62,569 nucleotides of DNA, filler included, from Squatina squatina (GCA_031763465.1; 3 parts of 3 records of this genome joined end to end with filler, not necessarily neighbours in it); one strand, 5' to 3'; numbered from the whole stretch's first letter, positions 49,896 through 62,569 are shown. A program made the numbers and translations. Notes: generated from the letters alone by a model not told the origin.

Positions 49896-50682
49896 CTGCA
49901 AATTTTCCCCCTTCAAGTATTTATCCAATTCCCATTTGAAAGTCATTATTGAATCTGCTTCCCGACCTTACAGGCAGTATATTTCAGATCATAATGTGCA
50001 GCCTGAAATAAAAATCTTCATCTGGTTCTTTTGCCAATTACCTTAAATGTGCCCTCTGGTTACCAACTCTTCTTCCACTAGTTAACAGTTTCTCCTTATT
50101 TATCCTATCAAAGCCCTTCATGATTTTGAACACCTCTATCAAATCTCTCCTTAACCTTCTCTGCTCTAAGGAGAACAACCCCAGTTTCTCTCGTCTCTCC
50201 ATAAACTGAAGTCTTTCATCCTTGGTACCATTCTAGTAAATCTCCTCTGTACCATCTCTAAGGCCTTGACAACCTTCCTAAAAAGTGTGGTGCCCTGAAT
50301 TGAACACAGTTCTCCAGCTGAGGCCGAACCAGTGTTTTAAAAAGGTTTAGCCTAACTTCCTTGCTTTTGTACTCTATTTATAAAGCCAAGGATCCTGTAT
50401 GCCTCAACAAACTTCTCAACTTGTTCTTCCACCTTCATGTACTTGTATACATAAACTCCCAGGTCTCTTTATTCCTGTACCCCATTTAAAATGGTGCCAT
50501 TTAGTTCATATTCATTCTTCCTACCAAAATGAATTACTTTACACTTCTCTGCATTAAATTTCATCTGTCACGTCTCTGCCCAAGTCTCCTCCTAAGGGCT
50601 TCAATTTTACAAAGTCTTTTATGTGGTAATTTATCAAACGCCCTTTAAAAGTCCACATACACAACATCAACCACACTACCCT
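49896..50682 (-). mobile_element. CR1-clade LINE ORF2 fragment
   Basis: Reverse-strand CR1 RT-region remnants (ggtgccctgaattgaacacagttctccagctg; cctttaaaagtccacatacacaacatc). Confidence 0.85.
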
Positions 50683-51039
50683 NNNNNNNNNNNNNNNNNN
50701 NNNNNNNNNNNNNNNNNNNNNNNNNNNNNNNNNNNNNNNNNNNNNNNNNNNNNNNNNNNNNNNNNNNNNNNNNNNNNNNNNNATGTGTAGAACTTTAAAG
50801 TTGTTTGTATTAAATTTCATCAATTGTTGTTCCAACCACTTAAGTGTCCTACTTATTTAATTTCTGCATTGTCTCTTCTAATTCCACTGTCCCTCCTAGT
50901 TAGGAATCATCTGTAAATTTTACAGAATCTTAAGTAATTGATGTAAATTAGAAATTGACATGTTCCTGACACTGAACCCTGGGATACCTTACTCAGTAGT
51001 TCCCACATCCCTATTTACCTGCTGTAATGTGTACTCATT

Positions 51040-51800
51040 GCGGCTGAAATTGCTGTGGGAGCCTCACTGCAGATGCAGGCCTCTAGCCGGAAAGATCCAT
51101 ACGAACTTACCTGATAGTCCGGGAGCTGCGAAAACTTGCGTTCTTGGGCCTCCACAGGTAGGCAGGCAGAGTGGCCCACAGTCCTTTCCAGTCTAGGCAC
51201 ACTGGTGGGATCACGTGGAAGACCCCAAACAATCAGGTCGGAGTATGTCCCATTCATGCATTTACAGATCTCTGCCATATGGGAGATTTGTAGAAGCATG
51301 ATTGGGAGATAGTAAAACTGTACAGTCACTTAAAAATGTACTTTAAAAACTACTCAAGCATTAAAATTTAATAAAATTATATATAATTAGATAAATAATA
51401 CAAAAAAATTATGAAATATTTTTTTAAATCTTTTGAAATGTATAAAAACATACTTACCTTAATGGACATGGTTTTTAAACAATGTACCACTAATTTATTT
51501 TAATTTTACATTTTTAAGAACTCTTATACTGGTGAAAAACAAGCCTGTACGCTTGCTTTTATCATGCGTAAAAAAATTAAAGAGCTTTCTATGGGTAAGA
51601 GTTAGGCAAATAGTGCAATTCTCTGCCCAGGAAAGCTCTTTTTCTGTCCAGGCAGATGATCGATCAAGAGAAATCTTGACAGAATGCAAATTTCAAATCT
51701 ATGGGTATGCAGAGTGCAGCCCTAGATCTGGAACTTGCAGGGTCCCTATGGGTGCGTGCGAGCATCGTATGCACTGGCTGGACCCAATGGGACCCCAAAT
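51040..51800. mobile_element. MITE-like element, same family as 48592-49443
   Basis: Starts cggctgaaattgc with shared arm motifs and an AT-rich core. Confidence 0.65.
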
Positions 51801-51887
51801 TCAGCTCCATTGTTCATTACGCATCAGCAATTTTTTTTTACCACTTCTCAGCAAATTCCCTGAATCATCACTACAGGTTTAATTAAT

Positions 51888-52730
51888 AGCCTTTTGTGCG
51901 GAACTTTATCAAAGATTTTTTCGAGGTCGAGGTACACCACATCATAGGACTTACCATAGTCCACTTGGATTGTCAGTTCCTCAAAGAAGTCGAGGAAATT
52001 GGTCAGGCAGAATCTTCCCTTTGTTGACTGCTACTTACTAGATTGCTATTGTACAGATGATCCTCAAGTTGACTCTTGATAATTGTTTCTATTATTATGC
52101 ATGGAAGACTGATGGGTTTGTAGTGGTCTTTTTTTATCACCCTTTTTGAATATGGGCACCAAATTAGCCTGTTTTCAATCCGTTGGTCTATTGACTCCTT
52201 AATAATGATTGTCAGTGACTCACAAATCTGCTCCCTAGTCTCTCTCAGCACTCTTGGATAAGTACCATCTATCCATGGGGATTTGTTTATTTTGAGCCCT
52301 TTTAGCCTTTCTAGGACTTCCTATTTATTTATAATGAAGTAATTGATTTTACTTGAGATACCTTTGTTTGAGGATACACATTTTTCCCTTGTGAATACTT
52401 GGAGAAAGTATTCATTCAGAATATTTACTATTTTGTGCTTATCCTGAATTTCGAGCCCAGTTGTATCTATTCTATTTCACTTCTCTGACTGCCATCTTGC
52501 TGTTGTGATACTGAAAAATAATGTAATGAAATTCTTAGCCTTAGCTGTTATGCTTTTAACTATGTGTCTCTTTGCCATTCTGAACACCTTTTTAATATGC
52601 TATTATATTTTCTTTTATTCATCCCAGTGGGCTCCTTCTCTTTCCGTGCAGGATTTGAACAGTTTTCCATCTTTGTTTTACTTTTAATTGGTTTGTTTAT
52701 CTATTTAGGGCAATCTTTGTTTACTCTGAG
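51888..52730 (-). mobile_element. Old CR1-clade LINE ORF2 fragment
   Basis: LRETREQICESLTII and YKPISL remnants, plus a VYLDLEKIFDKVPHKRL-like RT motif near 51890-51940. Confidence 0.8.
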
Positions 52731-52744
52731 TTTGTCGGGTTTTT

Positions 52745-53232
52745 TTAATTTATTCATTCCTGGGTTGTGGGCATCGCTGGCAAGGCCAGCATTTATTGCC
52801 CATTCCTATTTGCCGTTGAGAAGGTGGTGGTAATCTGCCCTATTGAACCGCTGCAGTCTGTGTGGTGGAGGTCCCACAGTGCTGACTGTGTTGCAGTGGT
52901 TTGGTACAAGTGAATGGCTTGCTAGGCCATTTCAAAGGGCAGTTGAGAGTCAACCACTTTGCTGTGGGTCTGGAGTCACATATAGGCCAGAACGAGTAAG
53001 GACAGCAGATTTCCTTTCCTAAAGGACACTAGTAAACCAGTTGGGTTTTTCTGACAATCTGGTATTTTCATGGTCGCCATTACTGATGCTAGCTTTTTAA
53101 TTCCAGATTTTACTTAATTAACTGAATATAAATTCCCCCAGCTGCTGTGGCGAGATTTGAACTCATGTCTCAGATTATTAGTCCAGTCCTCTGGATTACT
53201 AGTTCAGTAACATAACCACAATGCTACCGTAT
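52745..53232 (-). mobile_element. tRNA-derived SINE, second family, near full length
   Basis: Reverse complement of 11415-11780, with a LINE-derived tail (tttattgcccattcc). Confidence 0.85.
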
Positions 53233-54339
53233 CCATAATGTTGAGAATATATTTATCCTGCATGCATAGCATTATACCTTCAAAGGTAATCCACTTGTCT
53301 TCTACTGAATTGTTGTTCAACAATCTCTCACAATCTATTCACTTTAATAGTTCCCTTATTTCATTTCCATTTAAAGTTATATACCTAGCTCCTGGTATTA
53401 GGTATTTCTGCTGTACAGATCATGCTTAATTTATCATTCTGTGGTTGTTGTCTCCAAGAAGTGCTATGACTTCCATTTTGTATACATTTTCTGAGTCTTG
53501 TACAAACAGCAGATCAAGATAAGCATTCCATTCATGTGTTCCTTGATGCATTGGGTCATGAAGTAGTCCTGTATTACATTTACTGACTCTGACTCTAAAT
53601 CAGTTGGATATTCCCATGTTTTTATTAGGTTGATTGAAGTCTCCCATTAAGTTTTCCTGTTCTCACATAATCTTCCTATCTCTTGTTAGCTTGTTTTTTT
53701 GCATTAAAGGGCCTGGGAATTACACAGATGTTCTTTAGTCTCCTGATGTAAGTGTCGTGGGAGATCAGTGGAAATCCCAGAGAAATGTGCACTTGGCCAT
53801 TATCAGCCATTCACACCATTATTTGGGGGGGGATTCTGCCAACCTCCTACCAAAGTTACAGTGGAAGGCTCTGAAATTCCATAGCGTTTTCCACCACTTT
53901 CTTGAACGTTCCACTGGTCTCCTGCCAGAGCTACAGTGAGAGACTGGTGGAGCCCCCAAATAATTTTGTGCCATTGTTACATGTACATTGCTACAACATG
54001 TTAAAACAACATATCAAAATCAGAAGGTTTCTGCTCCAGGAACTCCTGCTATAAATTCTATACGTGTGAGATGAGAACAGAATCAGACTGGGCTATGCTG
54101 TTCTTCATGGTGGAATAGCCTGACAAACTCAACATTAAAATGCTCACTGGGGCTGGAAGACAGAATCAGCACCTTTCAGGACAGAAGTGGAACGCATTGG
54201 CGGAAAAATATACCATTTTCCACATTTTAAGTTTTTTAATATCATTTTTTATCAATCATTTTATACATAAGATTATAATAATGGCTAAATTAAAATTATT
54301 CTAACCATGTTTCTAATAACAATTTTTCCACAACCTGAG

Positions 54340-54770
54340 GAACATATGAACAGGAGTCGGCCATTCAGTCTCGAGAGCCTGTTCAACTCTTTGCTGGCCT
54401 GTACCTCAACTCTATTTTCCTGTCGTTCATCCATATCACTTGACATCTAATAAAAATCTGTCAATCTCAGTCTTGAAAATGTCAATTGATTCAACATNNN
54501 NNNNNNNNNNNNNNNNNNNNNNNNNNNNNNNNNNNNNNNNNNNNNNNNNNNNNNNNNNNNNNNNNNNNNNNNNNNNNNNNNNNNNNNNNNNNNNNNNCCG
54601 CATTATATTCCATTTGCCATGTTCTTGCCCACTCACTCAGCCTGTTTATATCCTCTTGAAGCCTCTTTGCATCCTCCGCAAAACTTACATTCCTACCTCG
54701 CAAATGTATCAGCAGCAAACTTGGATATATTACATTTGGCCCCCTCATCCAAATCATTGATATAAACTGT
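54340..54770 (-). mobile_element. CR1-clade LINE fragments
   Basis: EDAKRLQEDINRLSEWARTWQMEYN RT C-terminal motif and 3' UTR. Confidence 0.85.
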
Positions 54771-55460
54771 ATAGATTTAGGCTTGTGTGAAAGAATATAG
54801 CTTCATATTCAGTGCAGAATGATCTCCAGTTCTAAACAAAGCACATCAGGTATTGTGATTACAATTTAAATTATATGCAGTATATAGAATATAACCTGAA
54901 AAGAAGGACCCAAACACATTGTCAGGTCATTCATCTCATTGTCAGGTCTTACTTTTCAAAAATTGTCTTCTGTGTTTGCCTTCATAACAATCGGCATTGC
55001 ACCTCAAAATAATTCTTTGTATGTGAAGCTAATGGAGAAGTTTCTGAGAGACCTGATCAGGTGCTCTATAAATACAAGTCTGTTCTTTCCTTCCTTCCCT
55101 CAACTTGAGAATTGTTATGTTTCGCAAGGACCTAGAGGCTTGTCAACAGTAATCGGAGACTATAAACAGGTGTGATGTTGGAATGGATGGTACAGAGTTC
55201 TCACCTTGGTATGACAGTAAATATCATAAAATAAAAAGTGATTTGTCTTTGCTGTTGTGCGCTTTGACTATGCCAGGGCCTTTGGACTACCAGCTTGGAC
55301 CTTTTGCTAATAGTTCAAAGGTTCAAGTTGTGGTCCAAATGCCCTGGCATAGTCAAGGCATCAGCAGGTCAGGCAGCATCTGTGGAGAGAGCAACTTTTA
55401 ATGTTTGATGCTATCTCTTGGTGTGTTTTTAGGAAAGNNNNNNNNNNNNNNNNNNNNNNN

Positions 55461-55865
55461 TATTGGAGAGTAAGTGCCGCGTGATGGCACTGTCACCTTC
55501 CATCACTTTACTGATGATTGTGAGTAGACTGATGGGGCGGTAATTGGCTGGATTGGATTTGTCCTGCTTTTTGTGGACAGGGTATACCTGGGCAGTTTTC
55601 CACATATTCTATTAGATGCCAGTGTTGTAGTTGTACTGGAACAGCTTGGCTTGAGGCACGGCTTGCTCTGGAGCATGACATCCGGGGTGTTTTCAGGGCC
55701 CATAGCCTTTGCTGTCTCCAGCCGTTTCTTGATTTCACGTGGAATGAATCAGTTTGGCTGAAGACTGGCTTCTGTGATGATGGAGGCCAAGATGGACCAT
55801 CCACTTGGTACTTCTGGCTGAAAATTGTTGCAAACGCTTCAGCCTTGTCTTTTGCACATGTGTGC
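55461..55865 (-). mobile_element. CR1-group LINE RT fragment
   Basis: Minus strand encodes PVHKKQDKSNPANYRPISLLTIISKVMEG. Confidence 0.85.
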
Positions 55866-56649
55866 TGTACGACTCTACTCTTGTCCTGGGTAGTGGACCC
55901 CTAGCTTTATGACCAAAACTGAGCCAAACACACTAAAGATTTAATTTTTAAAACATTTCATTTTATTTGATTGGTACAAATAACCTGCATCATACAGTTT
56001 CACAATCAATCAGCATGCAGTACAATATGAGGCTGTATGGACTCCTAATCTTTTCTCTTATTTCCACAAAGTTACACTACCATACTCACTATCACCTTTC
56101 TGTTGGTTTTCTGTGGTGAAGTGCGCCTCTGTGAAGTGAGTGCTTTTGTCTTCTTCCGGCTGTGTGGGTCCACAGCTCTCAGCCAAAATCTGAGCTGTTT
56201 TTAAGTACAAATTCTGTGTCTGTCTTCTTTCTCACAAGCTGTCTTTTTCTCTCTTTTCAGAGTCTCACATCAATCAGAGAGAGAGACATGAGAGTATCTC
56301 AAGTGTTCCCTGTTTTCAAAGCCGTTAACCTAATTATTGAATTCCTTTCTGTGAGGGGTGTCAGAGTTTCAAAATCAATCAGAGAGACAGCCGCGGGAAT
56401 ATCTCAAGTCCTTGCAGTTTCAAATCTGTTTTCCTAATTCCTGAATTCCTTTATTTGAGGAATGTCTGAGTCTCACAATCAATCTGATAAGCTTGTTTAG
56501 CACCTTTGTTTTACAGTCAGTAACTTTCCACTGTTGTTGAGCCCAAGTCTTGACCAAATTTCTCATCATTCTGTTGGTCTCAAGGCATAATCTGAGCAAG
56601 TCCTTTGAACTGGGACTTTTAAACCTTCAGTCAATTCACTACCACTACA
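55866..56649 (-). mobile_element. Solo LTR-like element with an internal 104-bp tandem duplication
   Basis: TGTA...TACA termini, minus-strand AATAAA at 55962-55967 and about 2.2 diverged 104-bp repeats starting at 56258, 56362 and 56466. No clear TSD. Confidence 0.6.
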
Positions 56650-56824
56650 GCGAGGCCAACGTCACATTGTAGACAATTAAGNNNNNNNNNNNNNNNNNNN
56701 NNNNNNNNNNNNNNNNNNNNNNNNNNNNNNNNNNNNNNNNNNNNNNNNNNNNNNNNNNNNNNNNNNNNNNNNNNNNNNNNNCCGTGAAGTAGTTCTTGAT
56801 CTCTTTAAATAGCACTGGTGGGGG

Positions 56825-57605
56825 GTCCATCACGACCTTTGACACAGTTGACTACATTAGCCTCCTCCAATGCCTCCCCTCGGTCGCCTGGCTGGGTGGG
56901 ACCACACTTGTCCAGTTCCATCTTTATCTATCCAGTCGGAGGCAGAGAATCGCCTGCAATATCTTCTTTTCCCACTCCCACACAATTACTTCGGGAGTCT
57001 CCCAAGGATCTATTCTTCGCCCCCTCCTATTTTTCATCATATGCCTCTCCTCGCCGACATCATCCGAAAATACATCAGGTTCCTCAGGTGCGCTGATAGC
57101 ACCCAGCTCTGCCTCACCACCATCTCTCTCGACCGATCCATTGTCTTCAATTTGTCAGACTGCTTGGTCAACATCCAGTACTGGGTAAGCAGAAATTTCC
57201 TCCAACTAACTATTGAGAAGACTGAAGCCTTTGGTCCCAGCCACAAACTCTGTTCCCTCGCCACTGACTCCATCCCACTTCTGGCAACTGTCTGAGGCTG
57301 AACCAGGCTGTTTGCAGCCTCAGTGTTGTATTTGACCCTATATCCACTCCACCATTAAGACTTCCTATTTCAACCTCCGTAACATCACCCGACTCTGCCC
57401 CTCACCTCTGTGCTCATTGACCTATATCGGCTCCTGGTTCGGCAGCTCCTCGATTTTAAAATTCTCATCCTTGTTTTCAAATCTCTTCATAGCCTCACCC
57501 CTCACTATCTCTGCAACTTCCTTCGGCCCTACAACCCTCCTAGATCGCTGCGCTCCTCCAATTCTGACCACTTGCGCATTCCCGATTTTAATCACTCCAC
57601 CATTG
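56825..57605 (+). mobile_element. L2-clade LINE ORF2 fragment
   Basis: TFDTVDY..LL, ITSGVSQGSILRPLLF, CADSTQL and DFKILILVFKSLH remnants. Confidence 0.9.
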
Positions 57606-57934
57606 NNNNNNNNNNNNNNNNNNNNNNNNNNNNNNNNNNNNNNNNNNNNNNNNNNNNNNNNNNNNNNNNNNNNNNNNNNNNNNNNNNNNNNNNNNNNNNN
57701 NNNNNCATTCAAATTTTGAATGTTATAACTGATAGTTGTACTAAGGTTTCCCTAGGGACTGAGCTTACAAGTTATGGATGGGCTGTGTGAGCAAGGACAG
57801 GACAACTTAATGAGCCACTCAAGCCTGTCCACTTCCTGTAATCACTACAGTAATATGATTCTTTGCTCCACCTTTCAAAGTAACTTTTCAACTTGAAATG
57901 CAGTTTTAGATGTTACATCCGGCAATGCCTCAAA

Positions 57935-58252
57935 GACCATCCCTATTTCTGTAACCTCCTCCAATCCTACAACCTTCCCAGATCTATGCGCCCCTCTAAT
58001 TCTGACATCCCTGATTTCCTTTGCTCCACCAATGGTGTCCATGCCTTCAGCCGTCTAGGCCCTAAGCTCTGTAATTCCCTCCCGAAACCTCTCTTCCTTT
58101 AAGTCGCTCCTTAAAACCTACCTCTTTGACTAAGCTTTTGGTCACCTATCCTAATGTCTCTTTAAGTGGCTCGGCATCAAACCTTTGTCTGATAATGCTC
58201 CTGTGAAGTGCCTTGGGGCTGTAAAGGTGCTATATAATTATAAGTTGTTGTT
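57935..58252 (+). mobile_element. L2-clade LINE 3' end
   Basis: tccttaaaacctacctctttgac...aaaggtgctatataat...gttgttgttg tail. Confidence 0.85.
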
Positions 58253-58379
58253 GGTTCTTCGTCTACATTTATTGTCGAATTGTGCCAGAGCTGAGGGGAT
58301 GCACTTTCTTCACTGTGTGTTAATTGGAGCCAGTCCTGGGTTTACACTACTAAATCCAGCTCTTTTAACCATTTGGTAT

Positions 58380-58790
58380 ACTCATTTTATGGGTGTGTCC
58401 AGTTTTGGACCCCTGACATGGTGATATAAAGGCCCTAGAGCCAGTTCAGAAGTGGGCCACGAGATTGACACCTAGCTTAAAAACCAATAGCTATCACAAT
58501 AGGTGTGGAGATTTTTACTTTAGAAAAACAGACTTTTAGGAGATTTGATTTGAAGTATTTAAAAATAATGGAACTAGATTGTACCTGTGGATAGACTATT
58601 TGAATTAGATAGGTTGAGGAGAACCAGGGGACATGCATAAATCACATTAGCAGAGAGCTAGGTTCGACATCAGGATGCTGTTTTTGGAGAGAATCATTGG
58701 TCTCTGGAACAAGTCGCTGGCTTATGCAGTGAGTGCATATTTGCTGCAAGCTTTCAAAAGGGAGCTGAATGAGTTCCTGGTCGAGGCTGA
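58380..58790 (+). mobile_element. Old CR1-clade LINE 3' fragment
   Basis: gtgtccagttttggacccc, gaaccaggggacatgc and tctctggaacaagt remnants. Confidence 0.7.
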
Positions 58791-59113
58791 TGTGACTGAT
58801 CACAGATAGTTAACTGCAACAAGCCAAGTAATATTTGGTGATAGAAGGGTGCAGCTACAAAACTGTTGTGGTCGGTGAGTGGCAAATATCCATTTCTGAA
58901 AATTCTCTGCTCCCTTGGTGACAATGACATTTATTTCAATGAGGGGGCTATTTGGGAAATGCTTTGTAATCAAACAAAGGAAACCTAGGGATTTCGTTTA
59001 TGTGTAAAATCCTTGGGCTCTGGAGACACATTCAGAAAGTAGGGATACATTTTATTTATTTTTCCTTCTTTCCTATTTGCCTCCTCCCCACCTTTTATAT
59101 AAAAAAAAATGAG

Positions 59114-59227
59114 GACTGGGACAAGCCAGAAAATATTCCAGATCCTGATGCCAAGAAACCAGATGTCTGGGAAGATGAGATGGACGGTGAATGGGAGCCT
59201 CCTATGATTCGGAATCCAGAGTATAAG
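59114..59227 (+). CDS. CALR: Isolated calreticulin-family P-domain exon (equivalent of CALR exon 6); functional status unknown
   Basis: Translates [38 protein letters not shown] versus recalled human [42 protein letters not shown]. 114 bp, phase 0-0, upstream pyrimidine tract, ag| and |gtgaaa boundaries. No other CALR exons seen; paralogue identity (CALR vs CALR3-like) is not resolved. Confidence 0.8.
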
Positions 59228-59456
59228 GTGAAAATTGGAAATGTTGCAATTTATTTTTCATGGCGTACGTTCCTTTCATGTTATACTATCTCTAAATTAC
59301 TTTATTTTTAATAACTTGTTTTCCAGTTTAAGATGCATGTGTTGCCAACAATTGAANNNNNNNNNNNNNNNNNNNNNNNNNNNNNNNNNNNNNNNNNNNN
59401 NNNNNNNNNNNNNNNNNNNNNNNNNNNNNNNNNNNNNNNNNNNNNNNNNNNNNNNN

Positions 59457-59885
59457 TTGGATATTCAGTTCCCAGCCTTGGTCACCCTGCAACCATGTCT
59501 CCGTAATTACGATTATATCGTACCCGTTTACAACTATTTGCGCTGTTAATTCGTCTACCTTATTGCGAATGCTTCGTACATTCAGATAAAGTGCCTTTAG
59601 ATTTATCTTTTTAACATTTTTAAACATCTTAACATTTTTTTGTACTATGGCCCTATTTGCTGCTCACCCTCGTTTCCTCTGCCTTCCAATTTTGCTTTCT
59701 ACTTTTCTGTCTTTCATTGCTAGCTCTGTTTCCCTCTCTTCTGACTCCCTGCTCAGGTTCTCATCCCTCTGCCGCTCTAGTTTAAACCCTCCCCATCAGC
59801 ACTAGCAAAGCCCGCTGCGAGGATATTAGTTCTGGTCCTGTTGAGGTGTAACCCGTCTGGCTTATACAAGTCCCACCTGCCCCAG
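59457..59885 (-). mobile_element. CR1-clade LINE ORF1 end / ORF2 start
   Basis: FWGRWDLYKPDGLHLNRTRTNILA (ORF1 SGNH-esterase end) followed by LKALYLNVRSIRNKVDEL...ITETWL (APE N-terminus). Confidence 0.9.
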
Positions 59886-60157
59886 AAATCTACAGCCCTC
59901 CCTCCTGGCTTATCATGATTCTCCATCAATTCGTCCATACTATAATAAAATGCCCCAAACTGATTCATTTATTTAACTGTAGCCAATCACTCAAATATGA
60001 TGTGCTTTTCAACTGACTCAAGTATATGCCGCAGCTGTTTTCCAATTGTGTGCATCCTGTGACGTACTAATAGGACTGAAATGCCAAACAGAGCTATCAC
60101 ACTGTAGACAGATTCAGACATTTCTTCTTAATATATAAAATAACTGCAAAGCACAGA

Positions 60158-60791
60158 GAGGGCGAAATTCCCTTGCCCTGCGTTCCCGGCGCAAAAGTAA
60201 AAAACCCATTAGCGCCTTACCTTCTCCAAATGTCAGAAGATTCCGAGAAAATATTTCAAGTGGGAAGAGGAACGCTAAATGAGGTGCTCCTCTTCCCTCT
60301 TGGAGCACTAAAGAGGTAGCTCTGGGGCGCAGAGCTCAGCAGTTGCAGGAGCTCTTCCTTCATTTTAAAGGGAAGGGCTCCCCGCTGCGAGCTTTGCATT
60401 GAAAAAAACTGACTGCTGCAGGACCGGAAAGCGGGAGTGGTACGCCACTGGTACGTTCAAATTAAAAATTTCAAAAGTGTATTTTTTTTTTGGCCGGCTG
60501 CCCACCGCACCTTTAAATGGCGCCCTTCGAGCGGCTGGACGCCATGTTTGCGACCCCAGTAGTAGTCTCTGCCGTTGCCCGGCGTTGCTGCTGGGGTCAC
60601 TAGAGAATTTGCTGCCATGTTGCTCAGAAGGGCCGAGTGCCGCCGATCGCCTCACTGCCAGCGGGAGAATGGCGCTGTTTGTCAGCCAGCCAGCCAGATT
60701 CTGTAGCGGCCGGCTGGAGCGCCACCCCGGCTGCCACAAACTGCTGATCGGCCAGCCTCCCCAGCTGACCAGCAATGCCGAATTTTGTCCC
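60158..60791. mobile_element. MITE-like non-autonomous DNA transposon with TIRs
   Basis: gagggcgaaattc and gaattttgtcccc imperfect inverted ends; CpG-rich; same style as 33543-34218. Confidence 0.7.
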
Positions 60792-60794
60792 CAT

Positions 60795-60930
60795 TGGAAC
60801 AGGAGTAGGCCATTCAGCCCCTCGAGCCTGTTCCGCCATTCAATGAGATCATGGCTGATCTGCGATATAATTCCACATACCCGCCTTTCGCCCATATCCC
60901 TTAATGCCTTTGGTTAACAAAAATCTATCC
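60795..60930 (-). mobile_element. CR1-clade LINE 3' UTR
   Basis: ggagtaggccattcagcccctcgagcctgttccgccattcaatgagatcatggctgatc. Confidence 0.8.
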
Positions 60931-61367
60931 TTAGATTTTTGAAGGCTACTCTGACAGTGAGAATCCGTCGTTAATGCTCACTATAAGTACGCGGGCTACC
61001 CGGCATTGCATTTTATGACAGTACTTATTCCTCCTTCTTATTCTGTACTCACAATCAGAGCGGTGCCAGCTCCCGAATGCTGCAGTAAGGGGCAGGGGCT
61101 CAGCACAGCCATTGCCATGTTATAAGCACCAAATGCTGTACCAACCAGAGAGAGGGATCCAAGCAGCACCAAGGATCTGAGAAATGAGGGGGAGACATAA
61201 AAAGAACATCAGCTTGAACCTAGTCAATTTCTCACTGCGACATTCCCTAACAAACTGTTTTATCAAAATCAGTTATAGTGCCAGACAATAGGGATGTCTG
61301 TGCTGACACAGATATCAATTTAGAACTTCCTTTTGCAATTACATAACCTATGGATGTATCATAGATA

Positions 61368-61544
61368 AACATAAGAACATAAGAATTAGGAGCAGGAGTA
61401 GGCCATTTGGCCCCTCGAGCCTGCTCCACCATTTAATAAGACCTTGGTTGATCTTCTACCTCAACTCCACTTTCTTGCATTATCCCCATATCCCTTATTC
61501 ACCTAATGTCCAAAAATCTTTCAATCTCTGTCTTAACTATACTC
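61368..61544 (-). mobile_element. CR1-clade LINE 3' UTR
   Basis: (aacataag)n terminal repeat followed by ggagcaggagtaggccatttggcccctcgagcc. Confidence 0.85.
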
Positions 61545-62329
61545 NNNNNNNNNNNNNNNNNNNNNNNNNNNNNNNNNNNNNNNNNNNNNNNNNNNNNNNN
61601 NNNNNNNNNNNNNNNNNNNNNNNNNNNNNNNNNNNNNNNNNNNNGAGAATGGAATGAAAAGAATGGGCTTTAGTCCCCCTTTAACTGTGATACAGTGCAA
61701 TAGTTAATGACATATTTCCAACAGAAATGAATGCATTGATTAGAACTCGGGTGGTATAATGAGGTGATTTAAAAAGGTGTATGACAGTTCTTGTAAGATT
61801 TTGTCGGGTAATCAGCTAATTAAGACTTTGTTGGAGACTTTTCTCTGGCAATAAAATGGCAAAACTAGTTAAAGATATTCCCTTCTCAACTATATCACGA
61901 ACTATTACATCTCTCCTGACCAATTGGAAACAATTCTTACTACTGCCAAAGAACATAAACCGAAAAGTTAGAAGCTGGGAATGTGTGAAAAGGCTGCTGC
62001 AACTAGCAGCCTCATAGTTGCTGAAAATTACTATTTTTGTTGTCTCTGTGCAAGTGTCTTTTTCTATATTCTTTCAATTTTATCTCAGGAAAGTGTTGGC
62101 TAACGTGTTGTTGGGTGGCCATATTTCATATGTAAGTCTTGATAGTCAGTTTTGACAAGATGTTCAGCGGTCCAACATCCATATGTTTCTTTTCCAGCAG
62201 TTTTTTTTAATCATTCATTGAATGTGAGCGTCACTAGCACGGCTAGCGTTTATTGCCCATCCCTAATTACCCTTGAGAAGGTGGTGGCTACCTTCTTGAG
62301 CTGCTGCAGTCCATGTGGTGAATTCTTAA

Positions 62330-62569
62330 TGGTCCTGAAATTGCGATTCTCCCGGGGTGGGAACGATGTTCCCCCGCACCCGTGGAGACATCGCAAAAGC
62401 CGGTTATTGGGCTAGAAAATGTAAGCCCGCATAACCGGCATTTGCGATCTGTCCAGAAACTAGTGGACAGATCCAAGACTGAGGCTGCAGAGCCCATCCC
62501 CAGCACTGAGCTTTGCGATATTTTTGCAAAGCTTTCTGCTGGGGATTTGTTATGTACTGGAAATGGGTT
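62330..62569. mobile_element. Left end of a GC-rich MITE-like element next to a LINE tail (62215-62320)
   Basis: ggtcctgaaattgcga start followed by an imperfect hairpin; runs off the window. Confidence 0.5.

Noticed and set aside
60365-60917. Overlapping 172-176-aa ORFs and a CpG-island-like promoter
   Set aside because: Explained by a GC-rich MITE plus CR1 3' UTR; high GC lowers stop frequency.

Overview
Eukaryotic, repeat-rich, mostly intronic DNA, most likely from a cartilaginous fish, judged from the Deu-type SINEs, CR1/L2 LINEs and GC-rich MITEs. The assembly is heavily gapped: dozens of 100-N gaps and two artificial TTAATTAATTAA linkers. Three clean minus-strand EGF-domain exons are present (43415-43528, 38501-38634, 31651-31755). 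The first two match my recollection of EYS (eyes shut homolog); the third is a generic calcium-binding EGF exon compatible with EYS. The intervening EYS exons are not visible. A lone plus-strand 114-bp calreticulin P-domain exon lies at 59114-59227. The rest is SINEs, CR1/L2/Vingi LINE fragments, a solo LTR, MITE-like elements, a 31-bp minisatellite and possible conserved non-coding elements. Most ORFs in the supplied track are spurious or gap-spanning. I see no prokaryote-style novel system. The most unusual signals are a decayed duplicate EGF exon at 38115-38196 with mostly synonymous divergence from the neighbouring EYS exon, and the orphan calreticulin exon. All family assignments are from memory, not database searches, and repeat boundaries are approximate.
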